From an uncultured Candidatus Saccharibacteria bacterium (GTDB lineage Bacteria; Patescibacteriota; WWE3; UBA101185; UBA10185), in NCBI GenBank assembly GCA_964396025.1, contig CAYNBT010000001.1, forward strand, positions 109,271 to 173,270: DNA of 64,000 bases, in the 5' to 3' direction. The translations under genes were made by a program, and so were the position numbers. The stretch's first letter is position 1; the number at the start of each line of letters is the position of its first letter. This document shows positions 51,808-62,447 of this stretch, piece after piece. The notes beneath the pieces are model-generated. The model was not told the DNA's origin, ran no database searches, and was given only the letters and a program-made list of their open reading frames with translations.

Positions 51808-52718
51808 CATTTTTTCTTTGATTTTTTTGTGGAAATATACTGTTCCCAATAAACCAAAATTGGTGCTGCCGTAAAAATGCTGGAGTACGTTCCAGAGACT
51901 ATACCTATTAAGAGAGCAAATACAAAATCCCTTATACTTTCCCCCCCTAACATATACATAGAAAATAGCGTGATGATAACTGTTAACGAAGTGGCCATGG
52001 ATCTACCCAACGTTTCAGTAATAGAATAATCCACAATCTCCGCAAATTTAAAACTTTTAGGAAGTTTAGAAAGGTTTTCACGAATTCTATCAAAAACAAC
52101 AATAGTATCATGGACCGAGAATCCTATTACAGTAAGCACTGCCGTTATAAATAAGGCGTTGATTTCCGTTCCATAAAAATGTCCCAAAATAGAGAATATG
52201 CCTATAATCATCAGGGCGTCGTGCAACATAGCTATAATGGCAGAGGCACCAAAACGCACACTCGAGTAAGGTTGAGGAATGTTTCTAAAGGAATAAGCTA
52301 TATATGCCACAATAGCAAAAGAAGCAACCAGAACTGCGAGGAAGGCGTTTTTTGTGGTTTCAGTGCCTACTGTTGGTCCCACTGTTTCTACACTAACCTG
52401 CTGAGTTTTTGCAAATGTGGTTTCAATGGCCTTAGAAACTTGATCTGATGCTTTTGATTCCAGCGGATTGGTTTTTAGTGTTAAAGTTCCGTCGTCCAAA
52501 GAAAACTCCTTGATTTGAACACCTTCTTGTTTTCCAAGCGTTTCCCTGAACTTAGTAATTTGGGTATCTGCGGAAGATTCAACGGTATAAACAAATACAG
52601 ACCCGCCAGTAAAATCAATAGATAAGTTTAATCCAAAAATCAAAAGAGAAATTATTCCCGGGATCAATAAAGCCAAGGACAGCGTTATAAAGTATTTTCC
52701 ATATTTAATTATTTGCAT
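51807..52718 (-). CDS. secF: Protein translocase subunit SecF
   Basis: IDFTGG, VGPTVG, HD, GFSVHDTIVVFDRIRE, GTYSS. Confidence 0.96.
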   Translation of the reverse strand: MQIIKYGKYFITLSLALLIPGIISLLIFGLNLSIDFTGGSVFVYTVESSADTQITKFRETLGKQEGVQIKEFSLDDGTLTLKTNPLESKASDQVSKAIETTFAKTQQVSVETVGPTVGTETTKNAFLAVLVASFAIVAYIAYSFRNIPQPYSSVRFGASAIIAMLHDALMIIGIFSILGHFYGTEINALFITAVLTVIGFSVHDTIVVFDRIRENLSKLPKSFKFAEIVDYSITETLGRSMATSLTVIITLFSMYMLGGESIRDFVFALLIGIVSGTYSSIFTAAPILVYWEQYISTKKSKKK

Positions 52719-54108
52719 CTTGCCCTCCATCCTTATACCTTGGCACAACATTGAATGCCTGAATTAATGTTCTGGTAGCAAAAATCGAAGTAAAAAGCGA
52801 CAACATAATGCCTATGGACAAAGTAAGAGCAAATCCACGGATGATTCCATTTCCAAAGTGAAAAAGTATAAAGGCAGTAATCAATGAGGATACGTTTGAA
52901 TCCTTAATCGAGTGCCAAGCACGATCAAACCCAAACTTAATCGCCATGGTAGCGGGAACACCCCAGCGAATCTCCTCTTTAATCCTTTCAAAAATAAGTA
53001 TATTTGCATCTACGGCCATGCCCACAGACAAGATAAAACCAGCAATACCAGGTAGAGTTAAAACTACAGGCACGATTTTGAAAATTGTGATTGTAAGAGC
53101 TGTATACAAGATTAGGGCAACATTCGCAATCAGGCCCAATCTTCCGTAAAAAACTAACATAAAGAGCATAACAAAGAACATTCCAACTAGACCTGCAAAC
53201 ATGCTTTTTTCTACAGAATCCTGCCCTAGTGTTGCACCAACAGTTTTCTGTTCTAGAATCTTGACGGGTATAGGCAGAGCACCAGCCCGAATTTGTAAGC
53301 TGAGCGCGTTGGCGGACTTCACATCAAAATTCCCAGTGATAACAGGGTCCTGAAACACGCCGTCAGCCAAATCAGCACTTACCACAGGCATTGAAAGAGG
53401 CGAAGCCTCCTGATCCAAAAATAAAGCAACTGGTTTACCAACATTCTTTTTTGCTAAGTTTGCAAATTTTTTCTTACCCTCTGGGGTGAACAAAAGCTGT
53501 ATTTGAGGAGCCGAGGATCCCCCAGAACTTAAATCGCTAGAAAAAACCACTGTAGCACCACGGAGATCGGCACCTGATAAATCTGTTGATTTCCAAGCCG
53601 TAGGATTCATATAAAACTCGTAGAATTTATCTTCCGACCATTCAGAAGCATTAGTGAGCTCTTTGAATTCTAGTTGAGCAGTTTGCCCAATTAACGATAC
53701 TGCAGCCTGTGTGTCTGTAATCCCGGGAATTTCCACAATGATCCTGTATTCATCGCCTACTTTAGCCGTGTTTATAACAGGTTCCGTCACCCCAAGATAA
53801 TTCACACGACGCTCTATCACCTCTTTAGCCGACTCCAAAGCAGACTGTTGATCATCAACAGCTATTTTTGACATATCGGTGCCCAAAACAACTCTTATGC
53901 CACCTTCAAGATCTAGACCCTTTTTCAACTCCCTTAGATCTATGTTAAAACTTCCACCAAAAAACGAAGCGAAGTAACCGCCAATGGAAGTATCTATATT
54001 GAGACCGAATTTGTTGAATTTAATTGTTAGAACAGGAAGTGCTGCCAAAATGGAAATGCAGAATATTGTTGTGAGAAGGCCTAGCCTAAAATAGATGTTT
54101 TTGAACAT
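52705..54108 (-). CDS. secD: Protein translocase subunit SecD
   Basis: GLDLEGG, RAGALP, LTLPGIAG, MAVDANILIFERIKEE. Confidence 0.97.
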   Translation of the reverse strand: MFKNIYFRLGLLTTIFCISILAALPVLTIKFNKFGLNIDTSIGGYFASFFGGSFNIDLRELKKGLDLEGGIRVVLGTDMSKIAVDDQQSALESAKEVIERRVNYLGVTEPVINTAKVGDEYRIIVEIPGITDTQAAVSLIGQTAQLEFKELTNASEWSEDKFYEFYMNPTAWKSTDLSGADLRGATVVFSSDLSSGGSSAPQIQLLFTPEGKKKFANLAKKNVGKPVALFLDQEASPLSMPVVSADLADGVFQDPVITGNFDVKSANALSLQIRAGALPIPVKILEQKTVGATLGQDSVEKSMFAGLVGMFFVMLFMLVFYGRLGLIANVALILYTALTITIFKIVPVVLTLPGIAGFILSVGMAVDANILIFERIKEEIRWGVPATMAIKFGFDRAWHSIKDSNVSSLITAFILFHFGNGIIRGFALTLSIGIMLSLFTSIFATRTLIQAFNVVPRYKDGGQDANN

Positions 54109-54116
54109 AAGGATTA

Positions 54117-54698
54117 TTATACTATTGAACAGAATTCTTCTTCATCTCCAATTAACATGGTTCTGCTCTGAATCAAAATTCTACTGATAAAGTGATCATT
54201 TTTTCTTTTTCTAAACAAGAATTCATCTTCACCCATTACGGTGTAGTGAATTTCTTTTAGAGAATCTTTTTGCTCTTCTGCAATGATACCCTCAAGTACT
54301 TCAAGTTTCAGAGTGCCTACGATGAACAGGTCTATATCCAACATCGATGAGTCTCTTCCTCGGGCGTACGCTCTGGACAACACTGCGAATTTCACGTTCC
54401 CAAGTTCTTTTGTAGCTTTAATGATTCTATAACCAAGGCCTTGCTCTTTGGCAACCATAGAAAGCAATTCAGGATAATAACTACATGCGGTGTTTATCGT
54501 AAAATAAACTCGATTACCACTGGGTCTTCGCTTTAGCAAGCCCAAGCTAGTTAGTCGAGTCAATTCTCTTCGAACAGCATTTATCTCAGTACCAACTGCT
54601 CTAACCAAAGCCCTAACATGAAAGGGCTTCGAAGGTGTAGGTAACATGACTTTAAGAAGTTTTACTCGTACTTCTGATACAAACAAATCATTTAACAT
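54117..54698 (-). CDS. Winged-HTH plus nucleotidyltransferase-like protein
   Basis: N-terminal HTH (VRALVR...INAVRREL); YARG...DIDLFIVG. Confidence 0.78.
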   Translation of the reverse strand: MLNDLFVSEVRVKLLKVMLPTPSKPFHVRALVRAVGTEINAVRRELTRLTSLGLLKRRPSGNRVYFTINTACSYYPELLSMVAKEQGLGYRIIKATKELGNVKFAVLSRAYARGRDSSMLDIDLFIVGTLKLEVLEGIIAEEQKDSLKEIHYTVMGEDEFLFRKRKNDHFISRILIQSRTMLIGDEEEFCSIV

Positions 54699-54744
54699 TT
54701 TTTATATCCTTGGGCAGAAGGTGAACTAAAATAAACCTAAAATA

Positions 54745-55899
54745 CTATTTATAAACTACTTGGTCGACATTTCTATCGGGCACTATAGATATCCAAAACT
54801 TACCTCTATTAAACTCGACTTCTGCACCATCTTGTGTATAAAAAACAGTTCTTGAGTCTCGATCAGGCTTGGTCCAAGTTACAGGTATTACTCCCCCATC
54901 AATAAAAACTAAGCCTTCACCAGTACCGATAAGTTGATAGTCTAATCTTCCCTTTTCATCATCTGCAATATCCTCTTCTGTGGCAAACTGAACGATTAGA
55001 TTTTTCACACTCAATTGCTTTTTTGATTCCTGATCTATGTGAGGAATTCTTTGATCCTTTTCGTCGTAACCTATAAACCTAAGATAAGAATTGCTCGCAG
55101 AATCGAATTTCCACCCTGCAGTGTAATCTCCAGGATACCAAAAGTCCACAGTTATATCCGAAATCAGTTGCTCTGGCTTCACAGGCTTATCGTCTTTAAA
55201 TTTGTATGGTACTATGTCTTTTTTTCCACTCCAACCGAGTTTATCTCCCAGAGCTCGCAAATCTTTTCCGTTTGAATAAGCAGTATGCTCCGTAGCAATT
55301 CCCGCGTCTAACCTAGCTTGATCACGCCAAAAATCCGCTCCACCACGACCAAGACTTCTTACAGGCCATGATTCTATGGCTTCTAAAGCTTGTGGAGACC
55401 ACCCAATATGCATGAGCATAGCATCGCCCATTTCTTTAACTAACACTAGATAATATTCGCGAGTACTTCTAATAGGCCCTATTTTTTCTGGGGTATTCGA
55501 TAGGAAAAAAGCCAGATACCTTGTGATACCGCCTTCAGCTACGATTTCATAAACCAAATCAGCATCAATTAAGCCGGATTGCGGGCGGGCATCAACATGA
55601 TTGTTAATCATTACACCTAAAGGTCTTATGTTGGACCATTCTTGCGCAATTTCTTTTGACACTAAAATACCGGTGAGAGGAGCTGCCACCATATTTTGCG
55701 TTTTGCTACCACTACCAAAAGGCTTTCCCAAAGGATTCAACAAACTGCCAGGAGAAGAATTTGAAAGTAAGTACAGGTAAAAAACTATTCCCGCTACTAA
55801 CAACCCTATAAATACCATAACAAACGTCTTGGGAGATTTCCCGTTAGATGTTGCGGGTGAAAAACCGGTTATGAATTCTGGTTTATTTGTTATTTCCAT
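54745..55899 (-). CDS. DUF3048 (YerB-like) membrane-anchored protein
   Basis: APLTG, MINNH..ARPQSGL, AEGGITR, GPIRSTR. Confidence 0.85.
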   Translation of the reverse strand: MEITNKPEFITGFSPATSNGKSPKTFVMVFIGLLVAGIVFYLYLLSNSSPGSLLNPLGKPFGSGSKTQNMVAAPLTGILVSKEIAQEWSNIRPLGVMINNHVDARPQSGLIDADLVYEIVAEGGITRYLAFFLSNTPEKIGPIRSTREYYLVLVKEMGDAMLMHIGWSPQALEAIESWPVRSLGRGGADFWRDQARLDAGIATEHTAYSNGKDLRALGDKLGWSGKKDIVPYKFKDDKPVKPEQLISDITVDFWYPGDYTAGWKFDSASNSYLRFIGYDEKDQRIPHIDQESKKQLSVKNLIVQFATEEDIADDEKGRLDYQLIGTGEGLVFIDGGVIPVTWTKPDRDSRTVFYTQDGAEVEFNRGKFWISIVPDRNVDQVVYK

Positions 55900-55900
55900 A

Positions 55901-56368
55901 TTAAGACTTCAAAGCAACGTTTAGAACGTCACGTTCTTCTTTTGATAACTCATAATTAAGTTCTTTTCCCTCTTTAATAGGCTTGGCATATATTCTGGTA
56001 CCGGAACGTCCGTGCAGACTTGAAAGAATCACACCCGAACCCTTTTTATCCATTAACGCCAAGGAAAACGATTGATCGCCTCCTGCATCATCAAATGGGT
56101 TAAATCTTTTCAAAACGATTTTATGAACAAACCTTTGAGATTCCTCGTGTAAGCCGCTAGATAACCTCAGCACATGCTCGTACTTTGCATTCATTTGGCC
56201 AAGCGTATTCAAGACCTTTTGAGCTACCACATCCAAATCATCACCAGACTCAATTTTTAGCCCCCTTAACTTTTTCATTAAGGCTATGTACTTTAGAGTC
56301 AGAACCAAAAGCCACCCAAAAAATACAAAAACTATTATTACCAAAAATATTCCTGTCCCATTGCTCAT
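55901..56368 (-). CDS. DUF4446-family protein
   Basis: N-terminal TM; RFNPFDDAGGDQSFSLAL, RIYAKP, LSKEE. Confidence 0.85.
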   Translation of the reverse strand: MSNGTGIFLVIIVFVFFGWLLVLTLKYIALMKKLRGLKIESGDDLDVVAQKVLNTLGQMNAKYEHVLRLSSGLHEESQRFVHKIVLKRFNPFDDAGGDQSFSLALMDKKGSGVILSSLHGRSGTRIYAKPIKEGKELNYELSKEERDVLNVALKS

Positions 56369-56465
56369 TTAATACATATTATATGTTGAGTACATACTTT
56401 GTCTAGTTTCTTTAGAAATAAAAAATTTTGAATCAAAAAAACAAGGGTTATGTTAAGATAGGATT

Positions 56466-56642
56466 ATGAAAGATAAAACTAGCGCAAAACATACACTCGA
56501 TATAAAAGGTATCAAGAGGGATTTGGTGTTTGTTGCGATATTTGCTATCATCACGTTCTCTGTTATCACAATGTTTAAATTGACAGGAACGAACGCTCAA
56601 ACCTTTGCCTCAGTAGTAGGAAAGCTAGGAAAGCTTCTTTAG
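56466..56642 (+). CDS. Unannotated 58-aa single-TM protein [58 protein letters not shown]
   Basis: Hand-translated; TGtTAAGAT extended -10 six nt before the ATG; clear TM segment. Confidence 0.68.
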   Translation: MKDKTSAKHTLDIKGIKRDLVFVAIFAIITFSVITMFKLTGTNAQTFASVVGKLGKLL

Positions 56643-57632
56643 AGCAGCCTCAATAAACTCATCCAAGTTACCATCTAACACAGATTCAGGATTAGTGCTT
56701 TCTACTCCGGTTCGAACATCCTTAACAAGCTTATATGGATGCAATACATAGTTCCGAATCTGCGCACCCCAGCTTGGAGCCTTGTAAACACCCTTCAGTT
56801 TTAACTTTTCTTGCTCCAAACGCTCAAATTCAATTTGGTAGAGCTTTGATTTTAGTATTTTCAGGGCCTTTTCCTTGTTTTTTCCTTGATAGCGTTCTTC
56901 TTGACACTCAACGACGATACCAGATGGTATGTGTTTTATACGAACAGCTGTCGAAACCTTGTTAACATTCTGCCCCCCATGTCCACCTGCTCTAAAGGCC
57001 TCAAATTCTATGTCATCATCTTTTACTTCAATATCGATATCATCTTCTATTTCCGGGATCGCCTCTACCATGGCAAAAGACGTCTGACGTAAATTGTCTG
57101 AATTAAAAGGAGAAAGTCTCACCAGCCTGTGAGTGCCAATTTCATTTTTTAGGTAACCATAAGCATAAGGGCCTATAATTTCTAACGATATTGATTTTAA
57201 ACCAGCCTCATCACCTTGATGTTTAGAAAGCTCATAGACCTTCCATCCACGATTTTCAGCATAGCGTGTGTACATTCGGGACAAAATTTCTGTCCAATCC
57301 ATAGCTTCTGTACCACCTTGGCCAGCATGAATTGAAAAGATAACGTTATTTTTGTCATGAGGGCCAGAAAGAAACAGCTTAAGCTCAATCTTGCTTAGCT
57401 CTCGTGTAAGCTCTTCTTCATTACCTTCTTCTAAAAGAAGATTTAGAAAATTGTAATCCTCAATTTCTTTTTGTAACGTTGAAAGCTCTTGTGAAAGTTT
57501 CTGTCCTTTTTCCCAATCTTGCCATACAGAATCGTCTTGCATCAACTGATTGATTTCTTCTACGCGTGCCGCTTTAGCAGGAATGTTTAGTTTTATGTTG
57601 ATATCAGCTATCTTTTGCCTTAACTCATCCAT
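56625..57632 (-). CDS. prfB: Peptide chain release factor 2 (no frameshift)
   Basis: SPF and GGQ motifs; continuous frame from MDELRQ. Confidence 0.96.
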   Translation of the reverse strand: MDELRQKIADINIKLNIPAKAARVEEINQLMQDDSVWQDWEKGQKLSQELSTLQKEIEDYNFLNLLLEEGNEEELTRELSKIELKLFLSGPHDKNNVIFSIHAGQGGTEAMDWTEILSRMYTRYAENRGWKVYELSKHQGDEAGLKSISLEIIGPYAYGYLKNEIGTHRLVRLSPFNSDNLRQTSFAMVEAIPEIEDDIDIEVKDDDIEFEAFRAGGHGGQNVNKVSTAVRIKHIPSGIVVECQEERYQGKNKEKALKILKSKLYQIEFERLEQEKLKLKGVYKAPSWGAQIRNYVLHPYKLVKDVRTGVESTNPESVLDGNLDEFIEAALKKLS

Positions 57633-57669
57633 AAAACTGAGTATAGCACTACGCAAGCTGACTCCAAAA

Positions 57670-60243
57670 TCAAAGCTTAGGTTCTTCAAAGACTTCCAAG
57701 CCAAGACTTACCTCATCACCCAAAGTGAGCTCGTTTGCCAGGAGTTTGACCGCTAAGTAGGTTTCAACATATTCTTCTATGACACGTGCTAGAGGTCTGG
57801 CGCCAAGTTCAGGATTAAAACCACGACGAGTTAGCTCATCGATCAGTTCAGGCTTAAATGAAACCTTGATACCTTTTTCTTCCGCCATTTTTCTTACTCT
57901 GTTTAAAACTAGATCAGCAATTTTCCTCACTGCTGGTACATCCAAAGGTTTAAATACAATTACACCATTGAAACGGTTTAGAAACTCGGGGGCATATTTG
58001 GAGTGCACATCTTTCATGGCAGCGTCCTTCATATCTTCAAAGGATCCACCATTTGCAGATATTTCCTGAATGGCTCTTGTGCCTACATTACTCGTGGCAA
58101 TGATAATGGTGTTCGTGAAATCAATTGTAAGACCGGAAGAATCGGTTAGACGGCCATCATCTAGAACCTGCAAAAAGGTTAGTAAAATGTTGGAATATGC
58201 CTTTTCTATCTCATCTAATAAAATGAGCGCGAACGGGCGAGTGCGCACAGCCTCCGTTAATATTCCTTTAGTTTTTCCATCTGGAGAACCTACAAGCCTG
58301 TTTATGCTGTCTTGCTGTTGATATTCAGACATATCTAGACGAACCATGTTCTTGGAATCACCAAAGTAAGCCTTGGCCAATGCCTTAGCGGTCTGAGTCT
58401 TTCCCACACCAGTCGTACCTACGAACAAAAAGCTCGCGATGGGCTTACCTTCATCCCTTATTCCAACTCTTGCACGCTTTAACGCAGCTCCGATTTGAAT
58501 TATTGCGGGATCTTGACCAATCACGTCTTGACGCATGAGTTCTTCAATTTTAAGCAGTTTTGCAGTTTCTTCTTGGGTAAGAGATGACACTGGAACATGG
58601 GTAATTTGAGATATCTCCATTGCCACATCCTCTGCGGTCACCTCACGTTTCTTCTTGGATACTGAAGCACAGGCGCGATTTAGCACGTCTATTGCTTTGT
58701 CAGGAAATACGCGCTCATGAATAAGACGTTTTGAAAGCTCTATCGTTCTAACCAAGGCAGGGTAAGAAATAACAATGTTATAGGAGTGTTCAAAATCCCT
58801 TGCAACAATTTTCAGAATATCGAGGGTTTCCTCTACACTAGACTCCGGTATTTCTACCACTGAAAAAAGTCGAGAAAATGAACCAACGGGTTCAATATAC
58901 TTGCGATAGTTTTGTGCGCTTGTAGCAGCAATAAACTGATTTTTCCCTGATGACAGGTAAGGTTCAAATACTGTAAAAGGACTTGCGGTCTCTGAATTAC
59001 CGCCATTATCTGCAGCAATAAGATTATGTATCTCGTCAATAAACAATATTATGTCCTTCGAACTCTCTACATCTTTCATTAATTTCTGAATACGCTCGGC
59101 TACTTCTCCAGAAGTCCTTGCACCTGCAATCAGACTTCCAGTATCCAAACTCACAATTCTCTTAAATTTTAATGAGTCGTATTTTGTACCATGCACAACT
59201 TGGTGGGCCAAACATTTCACTAGAGAAGATTTACCACTACCAGGAGACCCTGTAATGATAACGTTCTCAGTTGTGGAACCGCTTAGAATATCTGCTATCT
59301 GTTCCAACGGGCCTGTCCTCGCCAAAAGACGTTTGAATTTTCCATATTTGGCCATTTCCGTAAAGTCTACTGAAAAGGAATCTAGATACTTAGTAACTCT
59401 TCCTGTCATTCCTCTGTTTGTACCACCCATAATAGGTGGCTCGTAATCTTCTTGCCAAAAATGTACTTTTGCCAAATGCTCTCTATCTTCAAGGGTCCAT
59501 TGAACAGCAGCTTCGAAGTGAGAAAGTTTTGAACCTAATGCAGCTAATAACACATCATATTTTGGCGTGTTTTTTAGTACTGCTAAAAGCAAATGCTCCA
59601 TTTCAATGTAGCGGCATTTTGTCTGAATTGCATATTCATAGGATGTTGCTAAGAGGTCTTCAAACTTGAATTTGACGTTTTGGGAAACAAACCGCTCGAC
59701 CAGTTGTTCTGCTGATGTTTCGGTGCGTTTAAGCAAATCCTGCATATCTCTTTCGCATAACATTTGCAGCAAATGTTTAGCATCAAAGTCTGAAAACGTG
59801 TTGAGATAAACTTTTGCATGGGGACGCATAGCTAATGAGGCGCTATCCCGCTTTACAGAAGCAACTCTTTGCAAAGGCACGTTTGACCTTAACAGTTCCC
59901 AAAAGACAAAATGTAAGATAAAAACAGGCACAAACCAAAATTCCAAGTAGTAGATTAGAACTAGAGGCATAAAATACCACAATACAGGCAAAGTAAAAGT
60001 CACAAAAGCTAAAAACAACAAAATAGGTATGCTCAGGAGTAACTTTACAGTACGATACATAAGACCCATTGCTCTGCCAACAATCGTGTAATCACCAAAG
60101 AGTGGCGTGAATAAAAGTCTAATTGTGAGGAAGAATGAAAGCTCGTTGTTTACTAAGGACAAAAAATTTCTTGATATGTGGAAAAGACGTTTAGGAAATT
60201 TTACTAACCACCAAATGATAAATTCAGTTGCCCGGTTGTACAT
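57670..60243 (-). CDS. Clp/Hsp100 double-AAA+ ATPase with hydrophobic N-terminal extension
   Basis: [14 protein letters not shown] and [16 protein letters not shown]; N-terminal TM-like segments; start uncertain (60243-60300). Confidence 0.9.
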   Translation of the reverse strand: MYNRATEFIIWWLVKFPKRLFHISRNFLSLVNNELSFFLTIRLLFTPLFGDYTIVGRAMGLMYRTVKLLLSIPILLFLAFVTFTLPVLWYFMPLVLIYYLEFWFVPVFILHFVFWELLRSNVPLQRVASVKRDSASLAMRPHAKVYLNTFSDFDAKHLLQMLCERDMQDLLKRTETSAEQLVERFVSQNVKFKFEDLLATSYEYAIQTKCRYIEMEHLLLAVLKNTPKYDVLLAALGSKLSHFEAAVQWTLEDREHLAKVHFWQEDYEPPIMGGTNRGMTGRVTKYLDSFSVDFTEMAKYGKFKRLLARTGPLEQIADILSGSTTENVIITGSPGSGKSSLVKCLAHQVVHGTKYDSLKFKRIVSLDTGSLIAGARTSGEVAERIQKLMKDVESSKDIILFIDEIHNLIAADNGGNSETASPFTVFEPYLSSGKNQFIAATSAQNYRKYIEPVGSFSRLFSVVEIPESSVEETLDILKIVARDFEHSYNIVISYPALVRTIELSKRLIHERVFPDKAIDVLNRACASVSKKKREVTAEDVAMEISQITHVPVSSLTQEETAKLLKIEELMRQDVIGQDPAIIQIGAALKRARVGIRDEGKPIASFLFVGTTGVGKTQTAKALAKAYFGDSKNMVRLDMSEYQQQDSINRLVGSPDGKTKGILTEAVRTRPFALILLDEIEKAYSNILLTFLQVLDDGRLTDSSGLTIDFTNTIIIATSNVGTRAIQEISANGGSFEDMKDAAMKDVHSKYAPEFLNRFNGVIVFKPLDVPAVRKIADLVLNRVRKMAEEKGIKVSFKPELIDELTRRGFNPELGARPLARVIEEYVETYLAVKLLANELTLGDEVSLGLEVFEEPKL

Positions 60244-60306
60244 TATATTGCTCATCATATAAATTAAAGCATTCATTAGTTGTTCATTGCAAGGATACAT
60301 ATCTTT

Positions 60307-60332
60307 AGTGCGGCCACATTTGTGGCCGCACT
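60307..60332. repeat. Perfect inverted repeat (hairpin) downstream of the TasA-like gene
   Basis: AGTGCGGCCACA-TT-TGTGGCCGCACT; no U-tract on either strand. Confidence 0.7.
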
Positions 60333-60339
60333 GGCAATG

Positions 60340-60921
60340 TTAGAAACTCTGAGCATCAAATTCAAAATCAAACATAGCTGATTTACCTTGCTTTGTGCTG
60401 GAAACTGAGTCAGTAGAAAACTTAAGTAACACTCCTTTTACTTCCCCAGAGGTAAGAGTGCCCAAATCAAACCCTTCTGTTTTCCACTTCACAATTGATT
60501 TTTTCCCTAATGATGTACTTAACTCTTCTGTCTCAGCCAAACCGTTGTTGTTGGCATCTGCCCATACATAGGGCTCCACGAATATAAGTTGTCTTAACTC
60601 ATCAGGATCGTTTGCCGTGGCATATTCAGCACGCGAAGTTAGTATAAGATTCGAAGTAGAATTATTGTAAATCTTGACCAAATAGGAATCTCCCCAATCC
60701 GAAGTCACATTGTTAAACTCAGGTCCTGTCAGCTCCGACACTAGGTTTTCGGTGTTTACACCCCCACTAAGATTGCTTAGAAGCTTTATTTCTGCACTAG
60801 CAACAGTGAACTTGGAACCCAGCACCTTGGAATTCCCAAGAAACACAGCATAACCTACACCAGCACCAATTAACAAGGAACTCAAAAGCAAAACAGGCAT
60901 CATAAAATATCGCTTATTCAT
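60340..60921 (-). CDS. TasA/CalY-like secreted protein with SipW-type signal peptide
   Basis: GAGVGYAVF...KFTVAS N-terminus; C-terminal QGKS..FDFEFDAQ; AAGGAGGTG SD. Confidence 0.65.
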   Translation of the reverse strand: MNKRYFMMPVLLLSSLLIGAGVGYAVFLGNSKVLGSKFTVASAEIKLLSNLSGGVNTENLVSELTGPEFNNVTSDWGDSYLVKIYNNSTSNLILTSRAEYATANDPDELRQLIFVEPYVWADANNNGLAETEELSTSLGKKSIVKWKTEGFDLGTLTSGEVKGVLLKFSTDSVSSTKQGKSAMFDFEFDAQSF

Positions 60922-61622
60922 TTTTTCACCTCCTTTCTGTCAGAATTGAATGTCTCAAAAATGTTCAATGCCTTTAAACTTGAAAAAGTATTTTCACAGA
61001 TAATCAAATGATCAATAAGCGCAATGCCCAAAACAGCCCCAACCGAAGCGATCTTTTCAGTCAACACTATATCTTCAGAACTAGGCGTAGTATCGTTGGA
61101 AGGGTGATTGTGGCATAAAACAAATGACACGGCCTCGCGACGTAAAACCTGCATGAACACTTCCCTAGGGGAAACCAATGTCTCGTTTATACTACCAACA
61201 GAAAGTAAGTCTTTTGAAATAAACCTGTTGCGAGAATCAAGAGACACTAAAATAAGCAACTCTCTCTTTTGCCCTATAAAATCCCTGTGTACTAACTCAA
61301 AAACATCTTCTGGAGATTTGATTTTCTTACTCTCTTCTGTCACATCACAATAAAGTCGTAGGGAAAGCTCGCCAAGCGCTAAGATTGCACAAGCTTTGGC
61401 TACTCCTAAGTGTTTGATTGAAAGAAGTTGTTGAATGGTTACTGTTTTTAAGCCCGATATACCACCGAACTGGGTAATGATTCTTGTTGCCAGTTCCAAA
61501 ACACTGCTGTCTTTGCCTCCGACACGCATCACTAGGGCCAACAATTCTGCATTTGAAAGCGAGGATGAGCCATACTTTATCAAACGTTCTCTAGGCATCA
61601 ATTCTGGTGAGGCAAATGTCAT
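60918..61622 (-). CDS. radC: RadC (JAB/MPN) family protein
   Basis: PRERL...LSNAELLA, PREVF, HNHPS..PSSED, DHLI. Confidence 0.93.
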   Translation of the reverse strand: MTFASPELMPRERLIKYGSSSLSNAELLALVMRVGGKDSSVLELATRIITQFGGISGLKTVTIQQLLSIKHLGVAKACAILALGELSLRLYCDVTEESKKIKSPEDVFELVHRDFIGQKRELLILVSLDSRNRFISKDLLSVGSINETLVSPREVFMQVLRREAVSFVLCHNHPSNDTTPSSEDIVLTEKIASVGAVLGIALIDHLIICENTFSSLKALNIFETFNSDRKEVKK

Positions 61623-61688
61623 ATTGACAATTTACATTATTATAATTTATATTGGAATAATAATATTTCTATTATAAATGGAGATAAC

Positions 61689-61976
61689 TTGGACAAAACC
61701 TTACCTAATCATATCAAACAAATAAGAGAACGTAACAAGCTCTCACAAGAACGTTTTGGGAAAAAGATAGGTATTTCGGGGAAAGCTGTCTCTGCGTATG
61801 AAACTGGCAGAGCTACACCTTCTCTTAAAGTACTAGAAAACATATCTAACACCTACAAAACTTCTTTCACATCTCTTACTAAAAGCGATAAGGAAAAATT
61901 ATCGGAAAAAATATCTAAACTAGAAGAAACTTTGTCAGAACTTAAAATAATTTTCTTTGAGTATGGCAATACTTAG
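61689..61976 (+). CDS. XRE-family HTH regulator
   Basis: LSQERFG...VSAYETG..TPS; GGAG SD before TTG. Confidence 0.88.
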   Translation: MDKTLPNHIKQIRERNKLSQERFGKKIGISGKAVSAYETGRATPSLKVLENISNTYKTSFTSLTKSDKEKLSEKISKLEETLSELKIIFFEYGNT

Positions 61977-61992
61977 CAGAAACGACTAAATA

Positions 61993-62445
<453 letters not shown>

Positions 62446-62447
62446 AT

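Noticed and set aside
60307-60332. Inverted repeat as an intrinsic terminator or REP element
   Set aside because: No U-tract on either strand and no second copy seen; kept only as a hairpin.
60918-61976. radC plus XRE as a prophage or ICE remnant
   Set aside because: Full-length chromosomal-type RadC; no integrase, att sites or phage genes.
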